Source: a virus (lineage: Duplodnaviria > Caudoviricetes). From it: a stretch of DNA of 27,219 nucleotides. The translations under genes were made by a program, and so were the position numbers. The stretch is from positions 1 through 27,219 of the IMG/VR virus record IMGVR_UViG_3300020045_005002. One strand, given 5' to 3'. Positions 1 through 7,196 of the stretch are shown piece after piece (the first letter of the stretch is position 1; every line of letters starts with the position of its first letter). The notes under the pieces are model-generated. The model did no database searches, had not been told where the DNA came from, and was given only the letters and a program-made list of their open reading frames with translations.

Positions 1-136
1 TGCCACGCTCCCTGAAGTGCCAATAACAATGCTGGCGAGCGATCACGACTTTGCGCTTGCGGTTGCGGCTCAATACGTCGAGGCGTGTTACGCCGTAGCG
101 CATGGCTATCAGGCCGATTTGGTCTGATGTTGTCAC
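1..136 (-). CDS. Partial DnaA C-terminal-like helix-turn-helix protein (runs off the left edge)
   Basis: Read manually: GTG at 136 overlaps the upstream TGA (GTGA); translates VTTSDQIGLIAMRYGVTRLDVLSRNRKRKVVIARQHCYWHFRERG, resembling the 'dilS..R.r.vv.ARq' pattern of DnaA domain IV-like phage proteins. Confidence 0.6.
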   Translation of the reverse strand, partial: MTTSDQIGLIAMRYGVTRLDVLSRNRKRKVVIARQHCYWHFRERG

Positions 137-471
137 CGAGCCGCCCTCCCATATTTTGCAACATGATTGGCCTTCAGGCGCTCGACTATGCGCGGGTGAT
201 GCTTGGCAATCTTGGCTGCCAAGTCATCATAACGCTTCGGTTTGAAGTTGCGGGCATCGCCTTCTGCGCCACGTTCCCAACCACTGGGCCTGCCCTGCCC
301 CTGCATGTATTTGCGCGGCATATCGCGCTTAATGCGGGCGAGGTCTTTGCTGTCGAGATGGACGCCGAAGCGATGCTTTACATGACCGAGAATTGCGGAC
401 TCGTCGCTGATATATGTCAGCAGATAGCGAGCCAAGGCGATTGGCGTTGAGGGGCTTTCATAGATGCTCAT
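133..471 (-). CDS. Hypothetical phage protein
   Basis: Track ORF 133..522; start moved to ATG 471 (MSIYESPST) because it forms an ATGA overlap with the upstream small ORF. Confidence 0.7.
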   Translation of the reverse strand: MSIYESPSTPIALARYLLTYISDESAILGHVKHRFGVHLDSKDLARIKRDMPRKYMQGQGRPSGWERGAEGDARNFKPKRYDDLAAKIAKHHPRIVERLKANHVAKYGRAAR

Positions 472-608
472 ATTGCACCCCGCAGCGGGTCTCGCGACCA
501 TGCCTTGCGACGGCCTGCCCAATAGGCTTGCTTGGCGCGTTGCTGTTCAACTTTGCGGATTGCTTTGCGCTTGCGTAGGGCAAGCCAGAGACGGGCGCGG
601 GCTATCAT
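468..608 (-). CDS. Small basic hypothetical protein (46 aa)
   Basis: Not in track; MIARARLWLALRKRKAIRKVEQQRAKQAYWAGRRKAWSRDPLRGAI; ATGA-coupled at both ends. Confidence 0.6.
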   Translation of the reverse strand: MIARARLWLALRKRKAIRKVEQQRAKQAYWAGRRKAWSRDPLRGAI

Positions 609-943
609 GCTTCACCCAATGCCAACTTGATGGCCTTTTGCGCAGTTCCCGACTTCTGGTCTGCAAAGGCCTCCACGATACGCTCCAGACGTTCGTTCTT
701 TGCCTGAAGCGCGTCTGTGAGGCGGCGATTGCTCGCCAGTGCCTCTTGGTAATCCTCTTCGATGGCGTTGCATTCGCGGCAGGCGTCAACAAAGCGGTTC
801 CAGTTTTCAGTTGCCAGCTTTTCTTTATTGACTGCAACTGTTCGCCAGTCGGGGTCGCCAAGCGGCTTTGCTGTCAGTGCGCGGAAGGCATAGCCAGCAG
901 CAAATGCAAAGGATGCGCCGCCGTAAATCAGTAGTTCGTTCAT
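605..943 (-). CDS. Membrane-anchored coiled-coil hypothetical protein
   Basis: Hydrophobic N-terminus, heptad-rich C-terminus; AAAGGAG RBS upstream (ctccttt at 951-957). Confidence 0.75.
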   Translation of the reverse strand: MNELLIYGGASFAFAAGYAFRALTAKPLGDPDWRTVAVNKEKLATENWNRFVDACRECNAIEEDYQEALASNRRLTDALQAKNERLERIVEAFADQKSGTAQKAIKLALGEA

Positions 944-1125
944 GATGTCACTCCTTTATGAATGTTGCTCCATTGCTTTGCGACCAGTTCGGGCCGGATA
1001 AATTCCAGCCTCATTTTGATTATGTCGAAAAAGACAGTCCCGCCCGAACCAGAGCGACCCGCAGACGGGACCGTCAGTCTTCCATCATCGCGACCGGAGG
1101 AGCCATTGCGATGCGGGTAATTCAT
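940..1125 (-). CDS. Possible hypothetical protein or leader ORF overlapping structured RNA
   Basis: ATGA overlaps at both ends, but it spans two hairpins and a U-tract. Confidence 0.35.
   Translation of the reverse strand: MNYPHRNGSSGRDDGRLTVPSAGRSGSGGTVFFDIIKMRLEFIRPELVAKQWSNIHKGVTS
1028..1075 (-). terminator. Rho-independent terminator/attenuator downstream of the cro-like gene (tR1-like position)
   Basis: Minus strand GACGGTCCCGTCTG..CGGGCGGGACTGTC (14-bp stem with G-U pairs) followed by TTTTT. Confidence 0.55.
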
Positions 1126-1307
1126 TTGGATTCCAGCTCATCGAGCTTGCGATACAGCTTATTCAGCGTCTGCGCCCTTGGCTTTTTGCCAGACCGCCAG
1201 CGCGAAACCGTCGAAGGGGCAACTCCGGAAGCGATGCAAAGCGCCGTAATATCAATCGGGATATTGAGCGCCCGCACTTCGATTTTGCTAAGGATTTCGT
1301 TTGTCAT
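1122..1307 (-). CDS. Cro-like helix-turn-helix transcriptional regulator
   Basis: 61 aa, 'ITALCIASGVAPSTVSRWRSGKKPRAQTLNKL' XRE/Cro HTH; first gene of a divergent early operon. Confidence 0.8.
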   Translation of the reverse strand: MTNEILSKIEVRALNIPIDITALCIASGVAPSTVSRWRSGKKPRAQTLNKLYRKLDELESK

Positions 1308-1312
1308 GGCGC

Positions 1313-1342
1313 TTTATAGGCATAACGCTTTTACCGTGTCAA
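1313..1342 (-). promoter_or_regulatory. sigma70-like promoter for the cro-like operon
   Basis: Minus strand TTGACA (1342-1337), 18-nt spacer, TATAAA (1318-1313); ends 5 nt before the ATG. Confidence 0.65.
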
Positions 1343-1350
1343 CGCTATTT

Positions 1351-1369
1351 ATTTGCGCTAAGTGCAAAT
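1351..1369. promoter_or_regulatory. Putative operator (inverted repeat between divergent promoters)
   Basis: ATTTGC-N7-GCAAAT; the half-site TGCAAAT recurs at 1383 inside the rightward promoter. Confidence 0.45.
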
Positions 1370-1376
1370 TCAGTGC

Positions 1377-1404
1377 TTGACATGCAAATCTAGCCATGTA
1401 TTCT
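1377..1404 (+). promoter_or_regulatory. sigma70-like promoter for the recombination/accessory operon
   Basis: TTGACA (1377-1382), 16-nt spacer, TATTCT (1399-1404), followed by an AAAGGAG RBS. Confidence 0.65.
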
Positions 1405-1428
1405 GTCGGCAACAAAGGAGACAAGCAA

Positions 1429-1752
1429 ATGCTTACATCGGCAGACTTCGCAAGGGCAACAAAGGCCCGCCTAACGGACGACGCGGAACTTGATGCGCGC
1501 GACTGGCACAAGCCCTACGCGGCACTGATTGCCGAACTGGCACAGCTTGGCCTCATGCCAGCCACCAAGGCTGTATGCGACCGCATCGACGCTATCGAAG
1601 CCGATCTGAACGGATGGCGCGATGATGCCATTCACGACCTCATGGTGGCTTATTCTAGTGACGGCGATGATGACGCTTGGGAAAATGCCAAAGCGGAAGC
1701 GCCCTGTCTGATTACTGTTGTTGAGCAGTATTTTGAGGAGTGCGGAGAATGA
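1429..1752 (+). CDS. Hypothetical early protein
   Basis: Track ORF 1396..1752; ATG 1429 follows AAAGGAG; acidic. Confidence 0.75.
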   Translation: MLTSADFARATKARLTDDAELDARDWHKPYAALIAELAQLGLMPATKAVCDRIDAIEADLNGWRDDAIHDLMVAYSSDGDDDAWENAKAEAPCLITVVEQYFEECGE

Positions 1753-1880
1753 TGGCCCGCATCCTATCCCGCGCCCGTGAAGGCCGACAGGCTCTAGCCA
1801 CATATAAAACACCCTTTTGGGAAGGGCTGGCAGTTGCTTTGTTTATCGCTGCAATGCCGCTGGCAATGGTGCTGTCGTGA
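1749..1880 (+). CDS. Small membrane protein (43 aa)
   Basis: Not in track; MMARILSRAREGRQALATYKTPFWEGLAVALFIAAMPLAMVLS; ATGA overlap, GGAG RBS, C-terminal hydrophobic helix. Confidence 0.5.
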   Translation: MMARILSRAREGRQALATYKTPFWEGLAVALFIAAMPLAMVLS

Positions 1881-2020
1881 ACGGTGGATTTAGCCAGCAG
1901 GCGCGCGTTCTAGCCGACGCCTTTCGTCCCTATGTCAGCGAAGAAGCATGGCAGTCGATGGACGAAGCCAACCCCTTTGACCAGCAGGAACAAGAAAATG
2001 ACAGCACTACAGAAGATTGA
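1877..2020 (+). CDS. Small acidic hypothetical protein
   Basis: GTGA overlap with the previous ORF; same frame as track ORF 1817..2020. Confidence 0.4.
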   Translation: MNGGFSQQARVLADAFRPYVSEEAWQSMDEANPFDQQEQENDSTTED

Positions 2021-2906
2021 TGCGCCTGAAGTTGTGTCGCAAAGCGACGGCTTGCTTTCAGTGATTGCACGGGCTGCGTCAGACCCGAATGTCGATATTG
2101 ACAAGCTAGAGCGGTTGCTTGCGGCGCAAGAGCGCGTCCAAGCCAGCAAGGCCAAAGAGAAATATGTTGCCGCCAAGTTGGCTATGCGTCCAGACTTACC
2201 CGAAATCACCATGAAGGGTAAGATTACAATTAAAAAAGAAGGCAGGGTTATTCAGGAAACGCCGTTTGCGCGCTTTGAGGATATTCACGAAGCCGTTACG
2301 CCTATCTTGACCGAGCATGGCTTTGATCTGTCATTCCGCAACAGCATGGCACCGGATGGCAAGGTTCGCGTAACCACCATTTTGACGCACATTGCCGGTC
2401 ACAGCGAAGAAACCTATTTTGACCTTCCGCACGATAGCAGCGGCAGCAAAAATGCTGTGCAGGCAATCGGTTCAAGCACGTCTTACGCCAAGCGTTACGG
2501 GACTTTATCTATTTTGAATATCCGTGTCTGCGGCGAGGACGACAATGCCGACACTGCGGTAACTCCGAAGATGGAGGCTAACGAGCGCATAAACAATCCG
2601 AAAGGCCGCGAGCCGACGCCACGCGCTGAAAAATGGGAGGGCGCATATTCCGGCAAGTCCGCCTTACACAAGGGCTTGACGCTTGTTGACCGCAACATTC
2701 GAGGATGCGGCGATAGCGACGAACTGGAAGCCTATTTGCAGACACAGGAATACAAGGATTTCGTCTGGTCGTGCGAGAAATACAGCCCGCACTATCTGAC
2801 TGGTGGCGACCCTTGCCCCGCTGAATTTATCGGCATCACCGAACTTGTTGAGCGGATGCGTTCTGACTTCGCACTCATTGAAAACAGCGCGCTGCGCGCA
2901 GGATAA
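1998..2906 (+). CDS. erf: ERF-family single-strand annealing recombinase
   Basis: ERF signature 'QAIGSSTSYAKRYGTLSILNI...EDD'; adjacent to ssb; start at MTALQK after AGGA. Confidence 0.9.
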   Translation: MTALQKIDAPEVVSQSDGLLSVIARAASDPNVDIDKLERLLAAQERVQASKAKEKYVAAKLAMRPDLPEITMKGKITIKKEGRVIQETPFARFEDIHEAVTPILTEHGFDLSFRNSMAPDGKVRVTTILTHIAGHSEETYFDLPHDSSGSKNAVQAIGSSTSYAKRYGTLSILNIRVCGEDDNADTAVTPKMEANERINNPKGREPTPRAEKWEGAYSGKSALHKGLTLVDRNIRGCGDSDELEAYLQTQEYKDFVWSCEKYSPHYLTGGDPCPAEFIGITELVERMRSDFALIENSALRAG

Positions 2907-2915
2907 GGAATAGAC

Positions 2916-3377
2916 ATGGCTAGCGTAAACAAAGTAATACTAGTCGGCGCGCTCGGTGCTGACCCTGAAGTCAAAAGCTTCCAGAACGGGGGCAAGATTT
3001 GCAACATGCGCGTTGCGACTAGCGAAAGCTGGAAAGACAAAACGACCGGCGAGAAAAAGGAGCGCACCGAATGGCACAGCGTAACGCTTAACAGCGACGG
3101 CCTGGTATCGGTTGCAGAACGCTTCTTGCGCAAGGGCAGCAAGGTTTATCTCGAAGGCAAGCTACAGACCCGCAAATGGCAAGATCAGTCTGGAAACGAC
3201 CGCTATACAACGGAAGTTGTCGTGGGCGGGTTCGACGGCAAGTTGGTGATGCTGGACGGCGCTAAGGGCGCAGGCAGCGATACAGGGGCACAGCAACAGG
3301 CCAATCACCAGCAAAGCGGATTTGCAGATGACTTGGATGATGATTGCCCATTCATTTCGGCAACCGGCTTGTTCTAA
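2916..3377 (+). CDS. ssb: Single-stranded DNA-binding protein
   Basis: '[16 protein letters not shown]...[20 protein letters not shown]...[29 protein letters not shown]' and acidic tail. Confidence 0.97.
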   Translation: MASVNKVILVGALGADPEVKSFQNGGKICNMRVATSESWKDKTTGEKKERTEWHSVTLNSDGLVSVAERFLRKGSKVYLEGKLQTRKWQDQSGNDRYTTEVVVGGFDGKLVMLDGAKGAGSDTGAQQQANHQQSGFADDLDDDCPFISATGLF

Positions 3378-3721
3378 TGGGAGCGCCCGTCAATCATCGC
3401 CGCATGAAGGCAAAGGCGGGAACACCGCCAACGGCAAAGGAGCGCGCACATATGGAGCGCGTTGCCAAGCTGCCTTGCCTTGTGTGTGGTGATGGCTCGA
3501 CGGTGCATCACGTTACCGGCTCAAGTCACGTTATGGGGCGCTTGCCACGATCGCACGAACTTGTCGTGCCGCTGTGTCCGAAACACCATCAAGTCATTCA
3601 TGGGCCGCGCGAAAGTGTGGAGGCATTGGGGCATCGCGGCTTTTACCGGATGCACGGCATCGACTTGCTGGCCGAGGCTGAATTTCTGCGGCTTGAGAGT
3701 ATTCAGGAAGGCATCCTCTAA
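3377..3721 (+). CDS. DUF968/Ref-like zinc-binding HNH-type nuclease
   Basis: 'ERAHMERVAKLPCLVCG...HH...VVPLCPKHH' motif; recombination-module context. Confidence 0.75.
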   Translation: MGAPVNHRRMKAKAGTPPTAKERAHMERVAKLPCLVCGDGSTVHHVTGSSHVMGRLPRSHELVVPLCPKHHQVIHGPRESVEALGHRGFYRMHGIDLLAEAEFLRLESIQEGIL

Positions 3722-4185
3722 TGGCTCACCGGATAATTGACAGTGACGCCGACTTGGAAGCCTTCAAGGTGTTGCTGGACGGTCTGAAACGCCCGTTTAC
3801 AGTCGAATGGGTGCAGGGCCGCGACAGGAGCAAAGACCAGAACGCCTTGCAATTCCTATGGGCAACCGAGGCAGCAAGCCAGCTTGGCGACCGCACGGCG
3901 GAAGAAGTGCGTCACGAATGGAAGCTGCGGCATGGCGTCCCGATACTACGGGAGGACAGCGCCCACTTCCGCGAGATTTACGACAAGGCAATCAAGCCGT
4001 TGCCTTACGAACAGAAGCTAATGGCGATGGCGTTCATACCCGTCACCAGCGAATTTAAGGTGCGCCAGATGGTGCGCTATTTAGACACAGTGCAGCGCGA
4101 ATGTTTGCAGCAGGGCATACGGCTGACAGACCCTGGCCCCGCGCTTGCTGCTTATCAGAAACGATACAGAGGTGAAGCACAATGA
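3721..4185 (+). CDS. ninB: NinB/Orf-family recombination protein
   Basis: 'RSKDQNALQFLW...' and C-terminal 'TSEFKVRQMVRYLD...GIRL' NinB pattern. Confidence 0.8.
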   Translation: MAHRIIDSDADLEAFKVLLDGLKRPFTVEWVQGRDRSKDQNALQFLWATEAASQLGDRTAEEVRHEWKLRHGVPILREDSAHFREIYDKAIKPLPYEQKLMAMAFIPVTSEFKVRQMVRYLDTVQRECLQQGIRLTDPGPALAAYQKRYRGEAQ

Positions 4186-4916
4186 CACAGGAAGCAGGAT
4201 ACAGGCAAATGGACATTGACGGAAAGCTGAATGACCTAATCGCCCGATGGGATAGCGGCGACGGCAAGCCATACAAGGGCAGCCTGATTGACTGGCGGGC
4301 ATATAAGGCGGACCCGTCAAACTTGGGCTGCATGTGCGCGCAAGGTCAGGTGCTGCACGTCATTCGCGGCATGTCGCCCGATGAACTAAACGCCATTCAG
4401 CAGCGCAAAGCCGACGAGCTTGTTATGGAAACTCTTGGCATATCGCGGGGCCATGCAATTCTACTGCGCCAAGTCAATGACAGCGTAGATGGCGCTCCAT
4501 CCATTGTTCTGACCGAACCCGAAAAGGTGCTTGGCGAACATGCCAAGTTGGTGCTGGCGTTTTATCGCTATCTTGACACCATGACCGCAGATGACTGGCA
4601 AAAATTGTATGCCGCACGGACTGCCGCAGGGACTGCCGCACGGGCTGCCGCACGGGATGCCGCACGGGATGCCGCATGGGATGCCGCATGGACTGCCGCA
4701 TGGGATGCCGCAGCGGCTGACGCAGGGGCTGACGCATGGGATGCCGCAGGGGCTGACGCAGGGGCTGACGCATGGGATGCCGCAGGGGCTGCCGCATGGG
4801 CTGCCAATGAAATTCAGGGACACGAAGTTCTGAAAAAGAAAGGCAAGCCACTTTTCTTTCTCGGCCTGTTTGGCTTCAAGACAATAGAATCTCTGATTGA
4901 TTGGGCGGGACAATGA
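4182..4916 (+). CDS. Hypothetical protein with an AAxD/AAW tetrapeptide repeat tract
   Basis: 244 aa, ATGA-coupled; internal (AARD/AAWD/DAGA)n repeat. Confidence 0.8.
   Translation: MTQEAGYRQMDIDGKLNDLIARWDSGDGKPYKGSLIDWRAYKADPSNLGCMCAQGQVLHVIRGMSPDELNAIQQRKADELVMETLGISRGHAILLRQVNDSVDGAPSIVLTEPEKVLGEHAKLVLAFYRYLDTMTADDWQKLYAARTAAGTAARAAARDAARDAAWDAAWTAAWDAAAADAGADAWDAAGADAGADAWDAAGAAAWAANEIQGHEVLKKKGKPLFFLGLFGFKTIESLIDWAGQ
4611..4805 (+). repeat. Coding tandem repeat, 16 x 12 bp, consensus G(C/A)CGCA(C/T/G)GG(G/A)(A/C)T
   Basis: Units such as gccgcacgggat, gccgcatgggat, gacgcaggggct counted directly. Confidence 0.95.
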
Positions 4917-5200
4917 CACAGGAACAGGAATGGCAGGACGAACTTGCCGACATTGTAAGCGACAGTCTGGACATTGACTGGAACGCGAACACATGCGCCG
5001 GTCACTTGCTGGCCAATGGGGTTTTGCCGCCGAGTGTGGTTGCGGAGTTGGTTAGCGCGCTTGAGGCATTTCTCGAAGTTACCAAAAATCCAGCGCCGAA
5101 CGCCGAGGATCGCAAAATCCAATGGTTGAGCGTCGCCATGAAGGGGCAGGAAACCATCGCCCTTATCCGTGAGCGTGTTGTTTTGAAGGGAGAGGGGTGA
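4913..5200 (+). CDS. Hypothetical protein
   Basis: ATGA-coupled start MTQEQEW; 'AELVSALE' helix typical of phage accessory proteins. Confidence 0.7.
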   Translation: MTQEQEWQDELADIVSDSLDIDWNANTCAGHLLANGVLPPSVVAELVSALEAFLEVTKNPAPNAEDRKIQWLSVAMKGQETIALIRERVVLKGEG

Positions 5201-5466
5201 TGGGCAAGAGCCTTTACGACGATTGCTACATAGTCATGAGCGAATACGGCATCCAGCGCATGACCAAGCGCCAAGGGCAATTGAAGCGCGGCGAGATAGG
5301 TATCAAGGTTCGTATCTCGGTGCCGGAATCATGCTTTGCCGAGCCGGACGTGTCCGTTGTGGTCAATGTCCCTGAAAGCGCAATTGTGCATCCCAAGGTG
5401 GAAGTTGAAGCGTTGCCTGCCGACGCTATGATAGCAGAAAGGGAGGAGCGTGATGGCAAGGATTGA
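5200..5466 (+). CDS. Hypothetical protein
   Basis: GGAGAGG RBS, TGATG overlap; ends with the common 'ADAMIAER' motif. Confidence 0.7.
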   Translation: MGKSLYDDCYIVMSEYGIQRMTKRQGQLKRGEIGIKVRISVPESCFAEPDVSVVVNVPESAIVHPKVEVEALPADAMIAEREERDGKD

Positions 5467-5602
5467 AACGCGCGGTCAGAACAATTGGAACGCCAGAACG
5501 GGCTATCAATACCGCCAGCGCGTTGCAGGGCCGATTGAGCCGATGGAGCGGGGCGGATTGCTTGCACTGGCTGCGCGAGTTTTCGCAAAACAGCGGGATT
5601 AG
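5453..5602 (+). CDS. Small hypothetical protein (49 aa)
   Basis: Not in track; GGAGGAG RBS; MARIETRGQNNWNARTGYQYRQRVAGPIEPMERGGLLALAARVFAKQRD. Confidence 0.55.
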   Translation: MARIETRGQNNWNARTGYQYRQRVAGPIEPMERGGLLALAARVFAKQRD

Positions 5603-5680
5603 TTTCCACAAGGGAGCCGGGGTTGCCAAACAAGCGCCCCGGTAATTTATGAACGTCGCAAAGATAGGAGCATGGGTGGG

Positions 5681-5845
5681 ATGAGTGAACGCGCTCCCGT
5701 AACCTATGTTGTCAACAAGACCGGATTGTCTAAAAGGACGGTTCAGGCGATGGCACGAATGTCGGCACAAAACAAACGGGCTGGAAACGAGACTGCAATC
5801 TCGCCCAGCCCTGACCGCAAGACGATTGGAGCGTCCTATGGCTAA
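5681..5845 (+). pseudogene. Probable truncated excisionase-like (HTH_17/AlpA-type) gene fused to unrelated sequence
   Basis: AGGAG RBS; MSERAPVTYVVNKTGLSKRTVQAMA resembles the first two helices of Xis-like HTHs, after which the similarity stops. Confidence 0.4.
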
Positions 5846-5954
5846 AAAGCCATTACCCGAAAAACTAGACAACCGGCAACTGCTTGCCGAATTGACCAGC
5901 GCCAAGGTTGCCTTCCAGTTGCGCACTCTCTGCGCAGTGCTTGGGGTGAAGTGA
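5838..5954 (+). CDS. Small hypothetical protein (38 aa)
   Basis: GGAG RBS before ATG 5838; MAKKPLPEKLDNRQLLAEL...; C-terminal part of track ORF 5706..5954. Confidence 0.5.
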   Translation: MAKKPLPEKLDNRQLLAELTSAKVAFQLRTLCAVLGVK

Positions 5955-6136
5955 TGGTGCGCCTTGAATATCCAGATTGGGTTGACCGCAACAATCCCGT
6001 TGCACAGCGCCTTGCTGCAACGCTTGGCCGCATTGCCGACCGTGTTGACGCTTCGGTTGCAGAGGAAAAGGAAAAGATAGCCGCGCTGGCATGGTGTCGC
6101 GCAAACGGCAACCCGCATAACCCTAGGAGTGAGTGA
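5951..6136 (+). CDS. Hypothetical protein
   Basis: GTGA-coupled in operon. Confidence 0.6.
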   Translation: MMVRLEYPDWVDRNNPVAQRLAATLGRIADRVDASVAEEKEKIAALAWCRANGNPHNPRSE

Positions 6137-6348
6137 TGAGTGAGTGGATGGATATTGCGAGCGCGCCGAAGAATTGGACGCAGATCGTCGCTCACGACGC
6201 GGCAACGAAAACATCGCATGTAACTTGGTGGGATGGCGACAAGTGGTATGACCCCGACAATCATTACTACAGTGAGGCCGAGCCGTTCTACCCAACCCAC
6301 TGGATGCCTTTACCTGCCCCACCCGCGATAGGAGAGAATCATGAATGA
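6133..6348 (+). CDS. DUF551-family protein
   Basis: 'MSEWMDIASAPK...PTHWMPLPAPP' hallmark. Confidence 0.85.
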   Translation: MMSEWMDIASAPKNWTQIVAHDAATKTSHVTWWDGDKWYDPDNHYYSEAEPFYPTHWMPLPAPPAIGENHE

Positions 6349-7040
6349 GACTTGCCAGAGTTGTTGGTATTGGGGCCGTCTTGATGGCGATTGCCGATAC
6401 ACCGACGCCAAGCAAACCAAAGCGATTTGCCGTCGCTTCCCTGCTTGGGTTGAGCGCAGCAAGGAAGACTGGTGCGGCGAACATCGCCAACACTCCCCTG
6501 CGAAGGATGATTGATATGATACAGGATAATGGCGTTTCGGTTCCCGACCGCGCTACCGCTGCGGAGCCTGAAGTCTCCGCCCTTCGGGACGGTATCGCTA
6601 ACGCGGTTGGATATGATGCCGGAAATACTTGCAACCGCAACGGATGCGTCGGTGTGATTGTGGAGGGTGAGCGAGAAGGTGGCTGCTCTTGCCATATAAA
6701 CCCGCCATGCGGCAACTGCACCGCACCAAGGGAGCGCTGTCCTGTATGTGACTGGCGTTTGGTAGACGATGAAACGTCTTTTAACGGGTTCAAAGTCGGT
6801 CCGGTTAAGCTGGATGGTTCGTGGACACATTGGCGTCCGCGCCCACTTGACCCCACTAAGATAGATTATCGCATAAAGCCACACAGCAGCAGCAGCCAGC
6901 TTTGCGAGGGCGTTTACCCACAGACCGGCGATGAGGCCGCAGATCGCAGAGCCGTTTTAGCGCGGGTTGTAGGGACATTTGGAGGGCGTTTCGAGCAGTT
7001 TGGCGGCGGGAGGTTTCGTTATGTCGCCTATACCGATTAA
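6345..7040 (+). CDS. Cys-rich (putative Zn-binding) hypothetical protein
   Basis: CNRNGC...CSCHINPPCGNC...CPVC; ATGA-coupled. Confidence 0.75.
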   Translation: MRLARVVGIGAVLMAIADTPTPSKPKRFAVASLLGLSAARKTGAANIANTPLRRMIDMIQDNGVSVPDRATAAEPEVSALRDGIANAVGYDAGNTCNRNGCVGVIVEGEREGGCSCHINPPCGNCTAPRERCPVCDWRLVDDETSFNGFKVGPVKLDGSWTHWRPRPLDPTKIDYRIKPHSSSSQLCEGVYPQTGDEAADRRAVLARVVGTFGGRFEQFGGGRFRYVAYTD

Positions 7041-7049
7041 CACAGCCCC

Positions 7050-7196
7050 ATGACCCGCTTCACCTTTGGCCTATCACCCTTCCAGATAGCCTGTGTGACC
7101 GCACTGTTCTTTGCAACGGCCATTGGCGCGCTGTTGCTGGCTTGGGGCTTTCGGAAATGGAATTTGAGAGGAATTGATGATGGCCGTGATAATTGA
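7050..7196 (+). CDS. Small single-pass membrane protein (48 aa), paralog A
   Basis: Not in track; MTRFTFGLSPFQIACVTALFFATAIGALLLAWGFRKWNLRGIDDGRDN; homologous to 9796..9939. Confidence 0.6.
   Translation: MTRFTFGLSPFQIACVTALFFATAIGALLLAWGFRKWNLRGIDDGRDN

Noticed and set aside
4611-4805. Possible CRISPR array or DGR variable repeat
   Set aside because: Units are contiguous 12-mers with no spacers and lie in frame inside a gene; no cas or reverse transcriptase gene and no template repeat are visible
4461-4994. Alternative-frame ORFs over the repeat (poly-CGIP/CVSP, HPMR, PHGL peptides)
   Set aside because: By-products of a stop-free 12-bp repeat; only the 4182..4916 frame is coupled to its neighbours
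5617-5648. Hairpin CCGGGG..CCCCGG as a terminator or ncRNA
   Set aside because: Only a 6-bp core stem with a weak U-tract (TAATTT); not enough to call
5426-6856. 476-aa minus-strand ORF
   Set aside because: Antisense shadow of several coupled plus-strand genes including a clear DUF551; Ser/Arg/Pro-rich with no recognisable motif
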